From Phoronis australis (Eukaryota > Animalia > Phoronida): a stretch of DNA of 64,000 nt. The notes beneath the pieces are model-generated. The model was not told the origin of the DNA and searched no databases. It saw nothing but the letters and a program-made list of their open reading frames with translations. Location: contig NMRA01000163.1 in NCBI GenBank assembly GCA_002633005.1, forward strand, positions 432,203 to 496,202. The letters run 5' to 3'. A program made the translations under genes and the position numbers. Every line of letters starts with the position of its first letter. Position 1 is the first letter of the stretch. Shown here piece by piece: positions 13,733-26,642 of this stretch.

Positions 13733-16700
13733 AAGAATAGTACGATATATGTTTAGTTTGCCTCTGCTGACATTCTCACAAAACTGAATCTATAATTTGA
13801 CCAGCAGCATGGAGGTGCACATAGTTTACTTTAAAGCGTTCCCACAATGAATTTTTGCACTTTGACAGGTTTTGGACCGAGTGTAATAATTTTACATCAC
13901 AAAATCTAACTAAACAAGAAATAATTGAGAAATTTTGAATTTTTTGGTTTCCCGCCACGTGATGTCATCAGTGGAAGGCGTTGATCAATTGACAATATAT
14001 GTGCAATGGCGGATAGCAGTGATTTTGTAAGTTACGAAGACTCAGAGAGCGAGCTTGACGTGTATTACATGTATGAATACGGGAATAAAGATGGGGGTGA
14101 AGACTACACTCAGGCCATAGGTGAAACAGTTAATAAGTTAGGCCTCGCCGTATTGGCATACTTTGCGTGCTTAAGGCCGCACGAACTCGATCCTCTCGCA
14201 CCGGCGTCTTCAGCGAGTGAAGCCGAGAGTCGAAGCCTACTCAGTCTGCGGACAGTCCTGATTTTAAAGTGGTAATTTTTTTCTATTTTCTTGAATCACG
14301 ATTTAATTTTCTAACCACTTCAGTGTCGGGTAATATATGTGTCTCGGACTGTAAATCTAACCGAAGTTTTTACCATGACTGTCAAAGCCCAGACGCGTAT
14401 AGTGGACACTGGTTTCATTTCTTCGAATACCGAGTGCGTTTGTCAGGAACGATGATAACTAACTATATTGATGCTAACTGAATTTTATTTCTGATGAATG
14501 ATATTCGTTTGTCTTGTCTGTTCCAAAATTATGATAGCTTTGTACCTTCATGTCGATTATTCCGGTCCAGTGTCCGATTCCAGCCTCTGTGCCGGATGCG
14601 GTTGTGACCTCAAACTATTTGCGGGCATCTACATGTACATCCCATTTTCTACAATTGGGCATTGACGCATATGTGGATAGCCTACAATCCCACAAAATCT
14701 AGAACACGAATAGGCTGATCGAAACTTACTGCAATCACATTCATTGTCTCTGCCTCAGTTTGATGCTGAGACTCATACTCAATATGTGTCTGACAACTGC
14801 GTTCCCAGCAATGGCACAGCACAAAACAAATTATTTTTTAGTTTCTGTGACCGATCAAAGCACGATTCTTCAAAATGGGCTGAGCACAGCGTGGTCCCTG
14901 AACTGATCGCTTGCTCCACCGTGTACTGCCATACCCCTGACTGACGCATGAACCTGTGCCATTAGGGTCTTTTGGATACGCAAAAACAGAAATCTTGTCC
15001 AATTGTCATTACCGCATCCTCCGTACATGCAACTTTTCATAATACTCAGTAGAACTCAGATTTTGAGACCATTATGGCTCGCGGCTGACGGCGGAGACCG
15101 GATACACTGATGACGTCATACAAAATGTTTAACTTTTATATTTTTGCGTTGTTTCTTGATTAATAGTACACAAATTGAAGAATAAATACTTAAAATAGCA
15201 TATTACCAACACTGTTGGTAACCGAATTCAAGCATTTATGACCATGGTGTGAAGGATTTAAAAACTTTGGTATTGCAAGAATCGTACAATGGAACGGTAA
15301 TTCTGGCTCAATAGCACTGTGTCATTAGGCACTATGTTTTTTAAGAATTTAAATGTCTTTATGAAAACGAGGAGGACATGCGCCTTTTTAAACTTTCTCT
15401 TAGAGACTTCTGCAGGTCGCATTGAAGAACGGCAACAATTCCAGTACGGGCAATTCCCAATGGAAACGGTACAGTGCCTCCTGAAACGGTGAAGTCAAGA
15501 ACGTTACGTTGCGTACCACACAGGTCGTCTTTTTTGGTGCCAGTATTTCGTTTCACTTCTCAAAAGTGAAACTTAAGTGAGCGACTGTCAAACTGAGTGT
15601 GCCGTAAGATAGGAATTGTCACGGCAGCATGGATTATACACGAGGTAGATACAGTGGCAGAAATTGTGACAAATACGATGAAATCAGGGAGGACACGCTG
15701 ATATATCGGGGTGTAGCTATAGCGGACATTTCATCAGAACGTGTCACGATATAAGACGATGCCTGTATCTAGTACGTATTACATAGAATCGCAGAATTCA
15801 ATCGTACCTCTAGGCTCTCCTTAGAACAGAATTCCATCAGGATGTAGCAGTGAGGACTATCGAAGCATGCACCGATAAACTTCACCGTGTTCTTGTGACT
15901 TAGGTCATGAAGCTGCAAAAGAAGGCGTGTTAAGAGATAGAAAGCCATTTTATTAGACTGCACTATAACATGTAGCACGCATGACGACACCAAGTTTGTG
16001 TTGAAGAGTTCGACAGTTTTACTTTTTTGTCACTATCAAATATTATCACGCATAGAACAGTGCAGTTGGCCTTGTATCAAGTTAAGTGGTTGGACCAACG
16101 CCTGTTTTTCATTACTTGTCGGGCCCATTATTAGTACATAGCTACACTTTACAAATGGCTGAGAGAGTTACAAAAATAAATTCGTGGCATGGACATAAAA
16201 TTGCTAATTCTTTAATGTCCAGTAATCAAAGAAAGTCATGACGAGTATTTGTAACAGGAATCAATCTTGAGCTGTCGAATTGACAAGAATGCACTGATAT
16301 TACGCTCTGATCAGGTAACTAATTTTCCCGTTGACAACCGGATTCTATCACCGTTTCACTGCGCAGACGACGCGCTATCCATTTAACGGCAACACGTAAA
16401 CGCGTAATGAGTAGATTAGTGGAACGATAATTTACGACAGTGACATATGAAGTATCATTAAGAAATTTTTATCATCCCTGACTTGAGGCTATCCAAGGCT
16501 CATAAAACAACTCCGTGACAAACTAACTTTTAGAGCCTGATATCAAGCAAAAGTAACCAAATGTCGGTTCTTTCGAAGACGTGAAATACATGAAACCTCG
16601 AATTTGACCAAGGAGTAACTTGAGAGCAATTTTATAACGGAAAATGGTCTAACCTATGAAGCGTCATAGGATTCTTAAACGAGTACCTTTCTACGCGTTG

Positions 16701-19700
16701 AACTGTTCTCCTCCAATGCGCACTTTTGCTTAATCAACGCCTAGTATTGCTTAATCAACGCGCTGAATTAGTTATTCAACGCGCTGAATTGGTCCTTAAA
16801 TGATCATCTTTCTGCTCTTATTCAATGCGCACTGTTGCTTAATCAACGCGCAGTATTGCTTGTTCAAAGCGCTGAATTGGTTATTCGTTATGGCCAATCA
16901 AAGACAAGTTTACAGTCAAAACAAAGCCAACGGCGCCATGATTTACGTCATCACTTGAACAATGGTGGCACCGAACAGTTAGGCTGCGGCCGCGGCCAAT
17001 TTGCAGTGCCAAAATATCAAAATCTAGGGGTAAGCCAGGCTTGGGGGAAGTTTTGCGGTAAGCGTTGCATGTAGGCTAAGTGAATGTGGTTTGTTTGTTT
17101 TTGTGAACATGTTAGGAATAAGAAAAGGGTACGTGCTTGGCTGTAACTGCATTTTTCTTCAAGATGGTGGCCCCTTGTTGCATTTGTGCATTGCTGGCTA
17201 GCGACTGAGAAATTGGCTGCGATTGCAGGTAGCCCTCAAAGAAGCCAGAATTGCAAAAAAACTAGTTGGTTGACAGTACTTTTGGGTCACATTTTTGGAA
17301 TCTGTAGGAAATTAATTTTGCTTTCAGAATGTAATGTTGTCTTATGTCGCACATCGGCAGGGAACTGGAGTTTTTGGAGTGAAAAGTACCGATTTTGTAT
17401 TTTTAACCATTTTTTCTTAGCCTATGTTGCTTTTCAGTAGTTGTGAAAGGGTCAAAAATATGTGGTGCTTGTGAAGCCTAATGATCCAAAACTTTTCATT
17501 CTTTGCGTACAGTTTTCGACAGAGTGAAGAAAGGGTGACGTGTCCATCGGCTTGTGTTCTATTAGACCAACCTCATTGAGAATTGTTCTATGCCACCAAC
17601 CTTCGCACGCATGTATAAATGTAAATTCTTCAGCCATTTTGATATCTGAAAGCACGGACATAACTGGACTGTATCAACTGACTAAAAGTACGCGTTGAAT
17701 AAGTAATAGTACGCGTTCAATATGCATAAAACGATTCGTTTAAAAACCATCTCAGCGTGTTGAATAACCAACACTACGCACTGATTACTTAAAAGTGTGC
17801 AATGATTAAGCTCGTTTCAACGCGCAGTAAGGAACCCGTTTAAAAACCCTTTGGCCTTTCATACTAAATAAAAATTTCTCTTTCATCTCTGAAGGCGAAA
17901 TTATTGCTGCTTTAACGGAAGTCAGACAGCATTATACAGATTAATTAATCTTACTTAGCCAAACAGTATTTTAAGCATATTTATGTCATCTGGGTTATGA
18001 CGTCCGATTTGTTTTTGAGTAACCGTTCGGTATAAACTACTAGATGAATGCAAACCTGCACCAAGGCAACCCGCTTTCCTCCATGCACAAATGTGTATTT
18101 TCAAAGACTAAGCTGTTCACTTCCAATACCCGTCATTTGCCGGACTTCAGCGCGTGCACGCTGAGAATGTTGGCATGCACCTTAGACTAGCTTGCAAAGT
18201 TACATTGATATAATTAAATGACGTTTATTCAATTGTTTTTCGACCGTTGTACGACCATAAAACATACATGTATCTTTTCCAAACTATTATCAGTTGATCA
18301 TTTGCCCATTCCGAGAATCTCCTGGACAATTTTTTTAAAATCTCTCCACAACGTTTTGGGTGAAAAAGCTGCTAGCTGAGCGTCCGAATAAGTGATCGAA
18401 ATACGACAGAAGGCCGAAGCAGAGCCTCTTTCCACGACTTACTTAGCCAATGTAATCATCACACTCGCTCAATACATAGGTTTTTAGGCTCTAAAAATGT
18501 GACCCTCCGTCTCGCATTATCGCATTTTTGAAGTATGAAATCAGCATATTGACAGCGGTGAAAGTCAAGAATTGTGTAACAGCGTGGCGAAATTGCCGTC
18601 TCTAGCCCCATCCATTTGTCAAGGTTAAACTGACAGACACATTCCAGATAAAAACTAGTGTCAGACAACTTGAACTGTGGTCGAGGGAAATGTTATCTAC
18701 GATTGCCATCTTCAGAAAAGAACCTAATGACAAAACCATTACAGGTGCTAATCGTCCGACGGTCATGTTTTGATGTTAAACCTTAAACTTCCCTCATACA
18801 TGTATGTGTTTGCTAAGGAACAAGATGAACCCGATTTCATAACAGAAAATATCGTAAATCCAATGTTGTCCTACAAGCAGATACATGTATCTACTCTATA
18901 AAGCTTCGCGGTACATCCAAGCGAGTCAGCCAAACGTGTATTGACTAGGTAAACCCTGATTGATTTAATTGACCTATCGTCAAGATTTCGAGTGACGCCA
19001 TAACTGACCAATCAGGACGCAGCATTCTTGACACACCTTCGTTTCCAAGCCGCCATTTTACCCGACAAACAACAGGTTGTTGGGTAAAACCTATTATTTG
19101 TTTGTCGACTTTTCGCAAGGGGGCGGAGCTTGTGATAGGTCAATTATGACAGTAGTTGTAAGACCAAATCTGTCTCAAACGTCACTGGTCAAAGCAAAGT
19201 TTGAAAACTTAGGCAGAATATGACAGAGGGTACATTTTATTGGCTTTGTTGGTTCTATCTACTGCCTTAGATAGCTGATTGGGTCTGGATGACGACTTCC
19301 GGCTTTTAAACCAATTAGATGTCTTAGCAGGTAGCTCTCGTGGAATTGATGAAGCCAATGCTAACCTGTTTCAGATGCTGTAGGGCAGCTTGCGGAAGCG
19401 ACGTGTGAATAGGTTTGAACTTTTTTATCGCCACTGACACTCCATTGTAAATTCCAGACCGGATGTGTCTGAAGGCAGCGTTGCAGCGAGTAGCTGACGA
19501 GAACGTTCCCAAAGATATCTAAAAGGAACAAAGTATGTGAAGCTAATAAAAGATATAAGTAAATCCTTTGCGGGCGCGCACTATAAAACAAATTGTTTGT
19601 TTATACTGAGTCCTAAGTTTGAACAAAATACGCGTGAAGTGTTCTTTTGCACTACTGAAGCCTAGTATTACTTCAGTTGCCATAGCCATTCTCTATCACA

Positions 19701-22700
19701 AGTGTAATCGGAACACGTGAAGCTCGTTGTCGTTACGCGTTTCCTTCAGTAATTGTATACCCGTTATCACATCGATTTTTCAAGATTGCAAGTAGTATTA
19801 CGTAAGAGAGAGAGGGGTGGAGGAACGGAAGGAGGGAGGGAGGGTGGGGAGAGAGAGAGGCGAGAGAGAGAGAGAGAGACGGTGACGGAGACGGAGAGGG
19901 AGAGGGAGAGGGAGAGAGAGGGAGAGGGAGAGAGAGAGAGCATGACAGTGTCAGATAGATCTGGAAAACTTTACTTGCATGAGGTCGATACAATGAAAAT
20001 CTTAAGAAAACATCAAGGACACATCTAAATGTCCACTTACTAAGGAGAAGGAGGTTTGTCTTGTAGGCTTGTCCACAATAATATCGTCCCACTGGATCTT
20101 CCATTTCATGTCGCCAACTTCCCGTTGCCACTTTTGTCGTCTGCGCATGAATTACAAATTTGAAAGGTGGTTACATATTTCTACACGTATTAAAGCGACT
20201 TCATTACTGATCATCATAGTCACTGTTGTTGTCTTAACAAACATCCAGTAGCGGCAGCACTTCAGAATCAAGCCATCAATCAGCACATCACTAGTACTAT
20301 CCCCACCTCAATGCCCCCACCAAGACTTGTCCATTTAAACTACGTGTAAATCCTCCTTCAGTCAAAACAACCTTTAATATAGACCACTTTTTCTTGGTCG
20401 CGCACTTTGATTTCTGGGCTTGGGAAGAGATGTCAGTCCGTTATTGCTAAATCCCGACATGCTTGCCGCACAAAATGACTTGCAAATCAATGAAGTTATT
20501 GTTCTGAATGAGCCTACTTAATATCAACAATGGACTGACAGTTCTTTGCAAGCCCAGAATTCACGCCCATTATAAATACATGTAAGGCTTGAAACATTAT
20601 ATGAGGCGTGGTTTATAAAGGTAACTGGTTTAAATCAAAAGTTGGGTGATTTCACAAAAGGAAAATTATCACCAAAAGAGTTTTGTTTCCAACTTACTTG
20701 TAAACGACACCGATACCGACAGCACAGGCCACTAGTATGACGAAGACCAAAGCCAAGAGGGAACCCAAAAGTACTCTGAATTCACGTTTATCGTTGTCAC
20801 CTACAATTTAAGAACATCTGGTGTACTAACGCCGAGACGAAGATACACAAGACACCTGAATAGGCCGTGGGTTGTAGCTCCAATCTTTTCATCCTATGAC
20901 TATCGTATGTCAAGGGGCAACCTTCTTTTTCCTGTGTGTCTAGACATATCTACAAGCATTTGATTTTCGAAAAGTCCCGCATTCTTTGTGAAAGACAAAT
21001 TTTAATACCTTCCGTATATACCGTTACTGAGCAAGTGGTGGCGCTGCATTGTGCCTCATTAGCCAATCACAAGCTCAGAAATTGAGAAGGTGTCCCCACA
21101 CGTGTAGGTGTGGGTGAATGCAGGACGTATTCCAAACCGCGGTAAATACATCTGATCAGATGTGTTGTTTTTGCAAATAAAATGGCCAGAAATCAATGAC
21201 TGTCTTTCTTTGGAAGACGAAGAGTATGTTTTTATTAATTCTCATGAAGTTAGTAATTGCATGTTGAAGTCTCGTGTCTGACTTCGCCTGGTGGTCATTA
21301 CCTTCATAATCACACGAGATGTTATAAAAGCAGGGTGAGCAACAGAACAGAAGCTCAGCAGTTGCTGAATGTTGGCATTTTTGTCCGTATACAAAGTCAT
21401 ATTGATTAACATACTGAGCCATGAAAACTGAAACGGATAATGGAGTATGCCGGCAGATTTGCAGTTCTGTTGGTATCCATTACAAACAATGCAAGCATCG
21501 GCGAATACTTGCAGTTGTTTTCACGACAGTGATTTCTTGAGGCTTTAGTAGTTTCAAACTTTATGCTACTACTGTAATTGATGGGTGATTCTGATCTGAC
21601 TCGATGGGATTTATATCACACGTCTTAAAATTCTGCTGCTAACCCTGAGTGTAACTATCGACGGTTTACCCATGAATGGCACCTTTACTACTTCTGTTGA
21701 AGAATCAAGTATTTAACGGTTTTGTATTGAATTCCGTTCAGGTGCTATAAGCAAACAACTTGCAAAGCGCACGTTTTCTAATGCTTGTAAAATGTTAGGT
21801 CTCTTGGATCGATTTTTCATTAAGAGACATCATTCGAAAATACAGGAAAATATGTTTCATCACATTGAGTAATCTTTTCCAGAAAAAAAAACAGATTAGT
21901 TATATGGAAATACAAAGTAAGGTGAAAAAATGGCTAAAATGAGTACAGTCATGTACGCTACACTTGTGATATTTTTAGCGAAGTAAAAATATGTGAACTT
22001 GGTGTCGTCGTTATCATCAGTTTTATTTAATTCCATTCTGACACACAGTCTTACATTTTTGTTACTTTCTGAAGTATACTGCATTTAGGAATAATTAAGG
22101 ATAATCACTTTTAAATACCTTTTCAGAATCCCAAGGTTTGCCAAGATTTCGTTATATGTTGTTACCATAACAGTCAACACTTCTGTGAAATATGCAATGG
22201 CCAAACTACAAACTATTATTACCAAAATAGAAACGATTACTGCATGTTAGCTTTAATTTGAGACCAAAGATATTTTTATCTGCATTGTCAAAAATAATTG
22301 ATTTACTCTTCCCTCAGGTCCATACCGGTACACCCCATTACCTGTATTCTCCGCATTCCAAGTTCACCAACTGATAATTCCTTTCCTTAACTTTCACAAG
22401 TAGGCATATTTACAAAAGAATTTTATAACTGCAGCCAGATGTAAAATTTCAATCTTCATAATGCATCATGTCTTGCGTAATGCTCTGAGTGAGCATTGCA
22501 AACGCCCAAACTAATATTTCTAATAACTTTATTTTGAAAACCAAATAATTCCTTATGCTCTCTTCCTGATGCCAATGTACAATAATTTAGATGAGGCAAA
22601 ACTCGTACTCTTAGAGTGTTTTCATTATTGAAATGTGGGATGTAGTGCTTTAACTGTTTGAAACACCAGAAAATACTTATTTTACGACTTACGCGATCGA

Positions 22701-25700
22701 TGTAATTTCTCCAAGACAAATTCTGTTAAGTAATTAGTCCTAAGAAAATGAATGTTTTAACCCTTTTTATTTCAATATTTTTAATTTGAATATTGAAACT
22801 AGCTATAAAATTATGGCGTAAATGAAATATTATGTATTTGGATTTGTTCTTATTGAGAAATAACTTACTTGCAGCAAGCCACGTACAGTACATGTATGAC
22901 TCTACCATGAAACCTCCCGCCGCGTTACATGGGATCTGTACATGTAGGTGACGCTGAACGCAAGTCCACCAAAGACCTGATCGCCGCCTAGCGGGATAGT
23001 GAATTTTAACACGGCGCAGCTGTTTCGCAAATCAGCAACTGGGGAAACCTCAAATTGCTGACGTCATGGAAATAGAATCCCTCCGAAATTAATCATCAGT
23101 CGTTTTGAATAAATGCAAAATCAATTATTCATTTCTTCTTCATCACATACAGACAAATGAAAACATCTGTCTGTTTTCATTTCTAAACGATTGAATGCGT
23201 AATACGTAAAAAGCACCAAGTATTACATACTAACGGAAACAGGCCTTTATTTGAGATTGGTAAGTAAACGCCATAGTAGCCACCTATTAAATCTCATATA
23301 GACTAATTATGATTCCATTACCTCATATGAAAGCCCAAATGTATCAAAGGCAAAACAAGATGGTACTGGCACGAGTCCAAGCCCTGTTTGCCAGAAAGCA
23401 TTTCCCCCTCCCCCGTTTAATAAAAAGTGTCCCCACGTTGGCACACATTTCAAACTCCACCCATTGAAAAGTATCGAGGTTTTGCGCATATGGACTCATG
23501 GACGTAAATGACATTAAGAAGTCATGCACAACGGTTAGAGGGATCATAAATCTTGGTGAACATCGTATTTGGGGAACACCGAGCCAAGGGAGCATAGCGG
23601 TGGTGGAAAATTTCACGAAAATGTGTCGATTTAAACACGTGGAATATTTATTTTTGCAACTACAATTTATGTCTTCAAAAACATCAAAATAAAATTGCCC
23701 CAAAATTGGTCACAGCCTTACACCGACATTTCCATCCTCCAATATCACTGGCTCGTACAGTGCAAGAAGAATTATGTGAAAGCGTTTTCGTTTGTTGTTT
23801 CCTTGTTCTGGAACATCGCTGTGAACTTGGTTGCAGCTACATTGTACACATTTTATATAGCTCTATTCGTCCCATTGTATTACCATTATCACAGAATTCG
23901 CCATTCCATCCACATTTCGGAGAATCTGAAGGGGCCGACACCTGACCATTCCTCCACTGGATATCATCACTATCGCTGAGTTCGAAATACCCTTTTCGAG
24001 CGAAATAAAACCCGACTTCCTGTAAAAAACAATGAAAACCATTTTTTATAGCTAAGATCAATTGTGCAATACCATAAAAAGAAAAAAATACACAAACATT
24101 AAAAAATATGAGAGGACAAACCCGTTTGTTTCAACCGAATAAATAGATGGCCTTAGAAGGAAATTGTGCTGGAATTACATTTGTAACCAACGAGATTTGA
24201 TTGTTCGCTGGTTCCTTGCGTGTCGCTAGGTGGGCGGTAGCCGCGCCAGCACGCAGGTATCACTTAATTTTCCTCGTGAAATTTTTTTACACCGGCGTTT
24301 GTTGATTGGCTAGTCGAATTCTCAACAGCAAACAAACTGGCATGACTTTTGGACTGAAGTGTAAATGTGGTCTGTTGGGCAGACAAATTGGTGTTTAAAA
24401 TTTATGTTCATGTTCAGGAAATGTGAATCCTAGAAATTGTGGTTGCGCCTTTTCGGAGTGATCTTTCTACTGTCGATGACTTTTTTACGATACTGCCCTG
24501 TATTCACACAGTATTAATAACACACCGTTAAATCGGCCAGATGATGTTTTTATTGTACATGTACGTGCTTCAAGCACGCGGCTATCAAACATCACTGCAG
24601 AAAGGAAATAGTTGCTGCGACGCCACTTGCATGACAAGGCTAAAATCGTTCACAGTCCGCCATTTTTTCACGGTGTTGTAAAGCTAACCAATGACTCGTA
24701 AGTTACATCAACCAATGTTGAGCGCGTGCCACTGTGTGATACCTGCGTGCTGGCTAGGCACCAGCGAGGATTTGATTGAAGCCATGGGTTTACCTTTATT
24801 GTCTATATTCATGCGCGCAACCAGCCTTCAATATCGGGGAGCTCGAATTCCTGACGTTGTGGACCTTTTGGTAACAAAATAGCCGGCGGACTAAAAAAAC
24901 GTGCGCACCACTGTGAATTGTGCGTTTGTCTCATTTTCTCGGACTGGCTCGAACGAGCCCCCCCACCCTGGTGCGTGCATGATATTCTATTTATTTATTT
25001 ATTCATTTATTTAAACTTCTTTAAAAGACTGGGTGACCACTTCAGTGAATACACTGATTTTCAAGTGGGCCCAGTCGGAAATAATTACATGAAGTAAAAT
25101 ATAGCATTTCATATAACATACTAAGTGGACCTCGACTAGCGAATTAAACAGAAAGCTATCTTGTGGACCGTTGCTAAAATGTCAACTGCGTGTGAATCCT
25201 CAATAGCGTGCGAATCCGCTGTTGCAAGTATAAATTGAAATTTACCTGTGAAGGTTGTCTTACACTACTGTAACACAGATTGAACGCTTACACCAACAGC
25301 TTTAACCGAAGAACGTGTTTACCAAGAACATTGCATGGTAATACGCGTACCTTTTTACTACCGTCTTGATGAGTCTGAAGAATTGTATATCCTTGCTGTC
25401 GGTCCCCGTTCTTATTGAAGGATACTCCACCCGTCATGCTAGGAAACGAATGGCCCCATAGGCGCTGGGATATCAGAGTTCCGTTGTAGATGTCGCCACC
25501 CTCGGACAGCGTCGCATTGAGAGCTAGAGCGTACATCCACACGGCTTCATACAAGTTCGCGGCCTGATAGGGTGTCTAAAAGTAGCAGAATATATTAGTC
25601 AGTTCATCTTTTCAAATAAAAAATGTGATTATGCTTACGACTTTTTGTTGTTGAAGTTCTTAAAAGTCACAGGTCATACGTCAGATTAAAAACGACTCGA

Positions 25701-26586
25701 GCATACAGATGTATGTAACCAGCGCGTTCAATCTTTTCGATCACCATGGCTTTCCTTCAATTAGCAAATCAAATTTACTCGTAAATTTTTGAAAAGTCGG
25801 TATATTTAAAAACTGTTTTGAAAAATCAAAATTACAAATTCATCTTTAAAACGTTTATATATTGGTTCATAGCTAAAAACTGAATTTTGGTTACAAAAAT
25901 TATCTCTGTCTCCTTCTGTAGAGTAGAAATATTTAGACTTCATGTTGCATAAATTGACTTATTTAACTTCGAGCAATACATCATGAATTCCGTACTGGTG
26001 AAGTGAATTTATTTAAGTTTGGTTTGCAATAAGGATCGGGTAAACGCCAAAGACACCTGTTTAACTACGTGTAATATATTATACCGGAAAACATTGAGTC
26101 GAAAGCTGTCTGTACTCCAAGAAGTACTAATGAAAAATACAATGTAGCTTTCACAGATCATTATGATGATGATGATAATGATGATGTTATAGATGATGAT
26201 GTTGATGACGATGATGATGATGTTGATGATGATGATGTTGATGACGATGATGATGACGATGATGATGATGTTGATGATGATGATGACGGTGATGATGATG
26301 ATGATAATGATGATGTTGATGATGATGATGATGANNNNNNNNNNNNNNNNNNNNNNNNNNNNNNNNNNNNNNNNNNNNNNNNNNNNNNNNNNNNNNNNNN
26401 NNNNNNNNNNNNNNNNNNNNNNNNNNNNNNNNNNNNNNNNNNNNNNNNNNNNNNNNNNNNNNNNNNNNNNNNNNNNNNNNNNNNNNNNNNNNNNNNNNNN
26501 NNNNNNNNNNNNNNNNNNNNNNNNNNNNNNNNNNNNNNNNNNNNNNNNNNNNNNNNNNNNNNNNNNNNNNNNNNNNNNNNNNNNNN

Positions 26587-26642
<56 letters not shown>

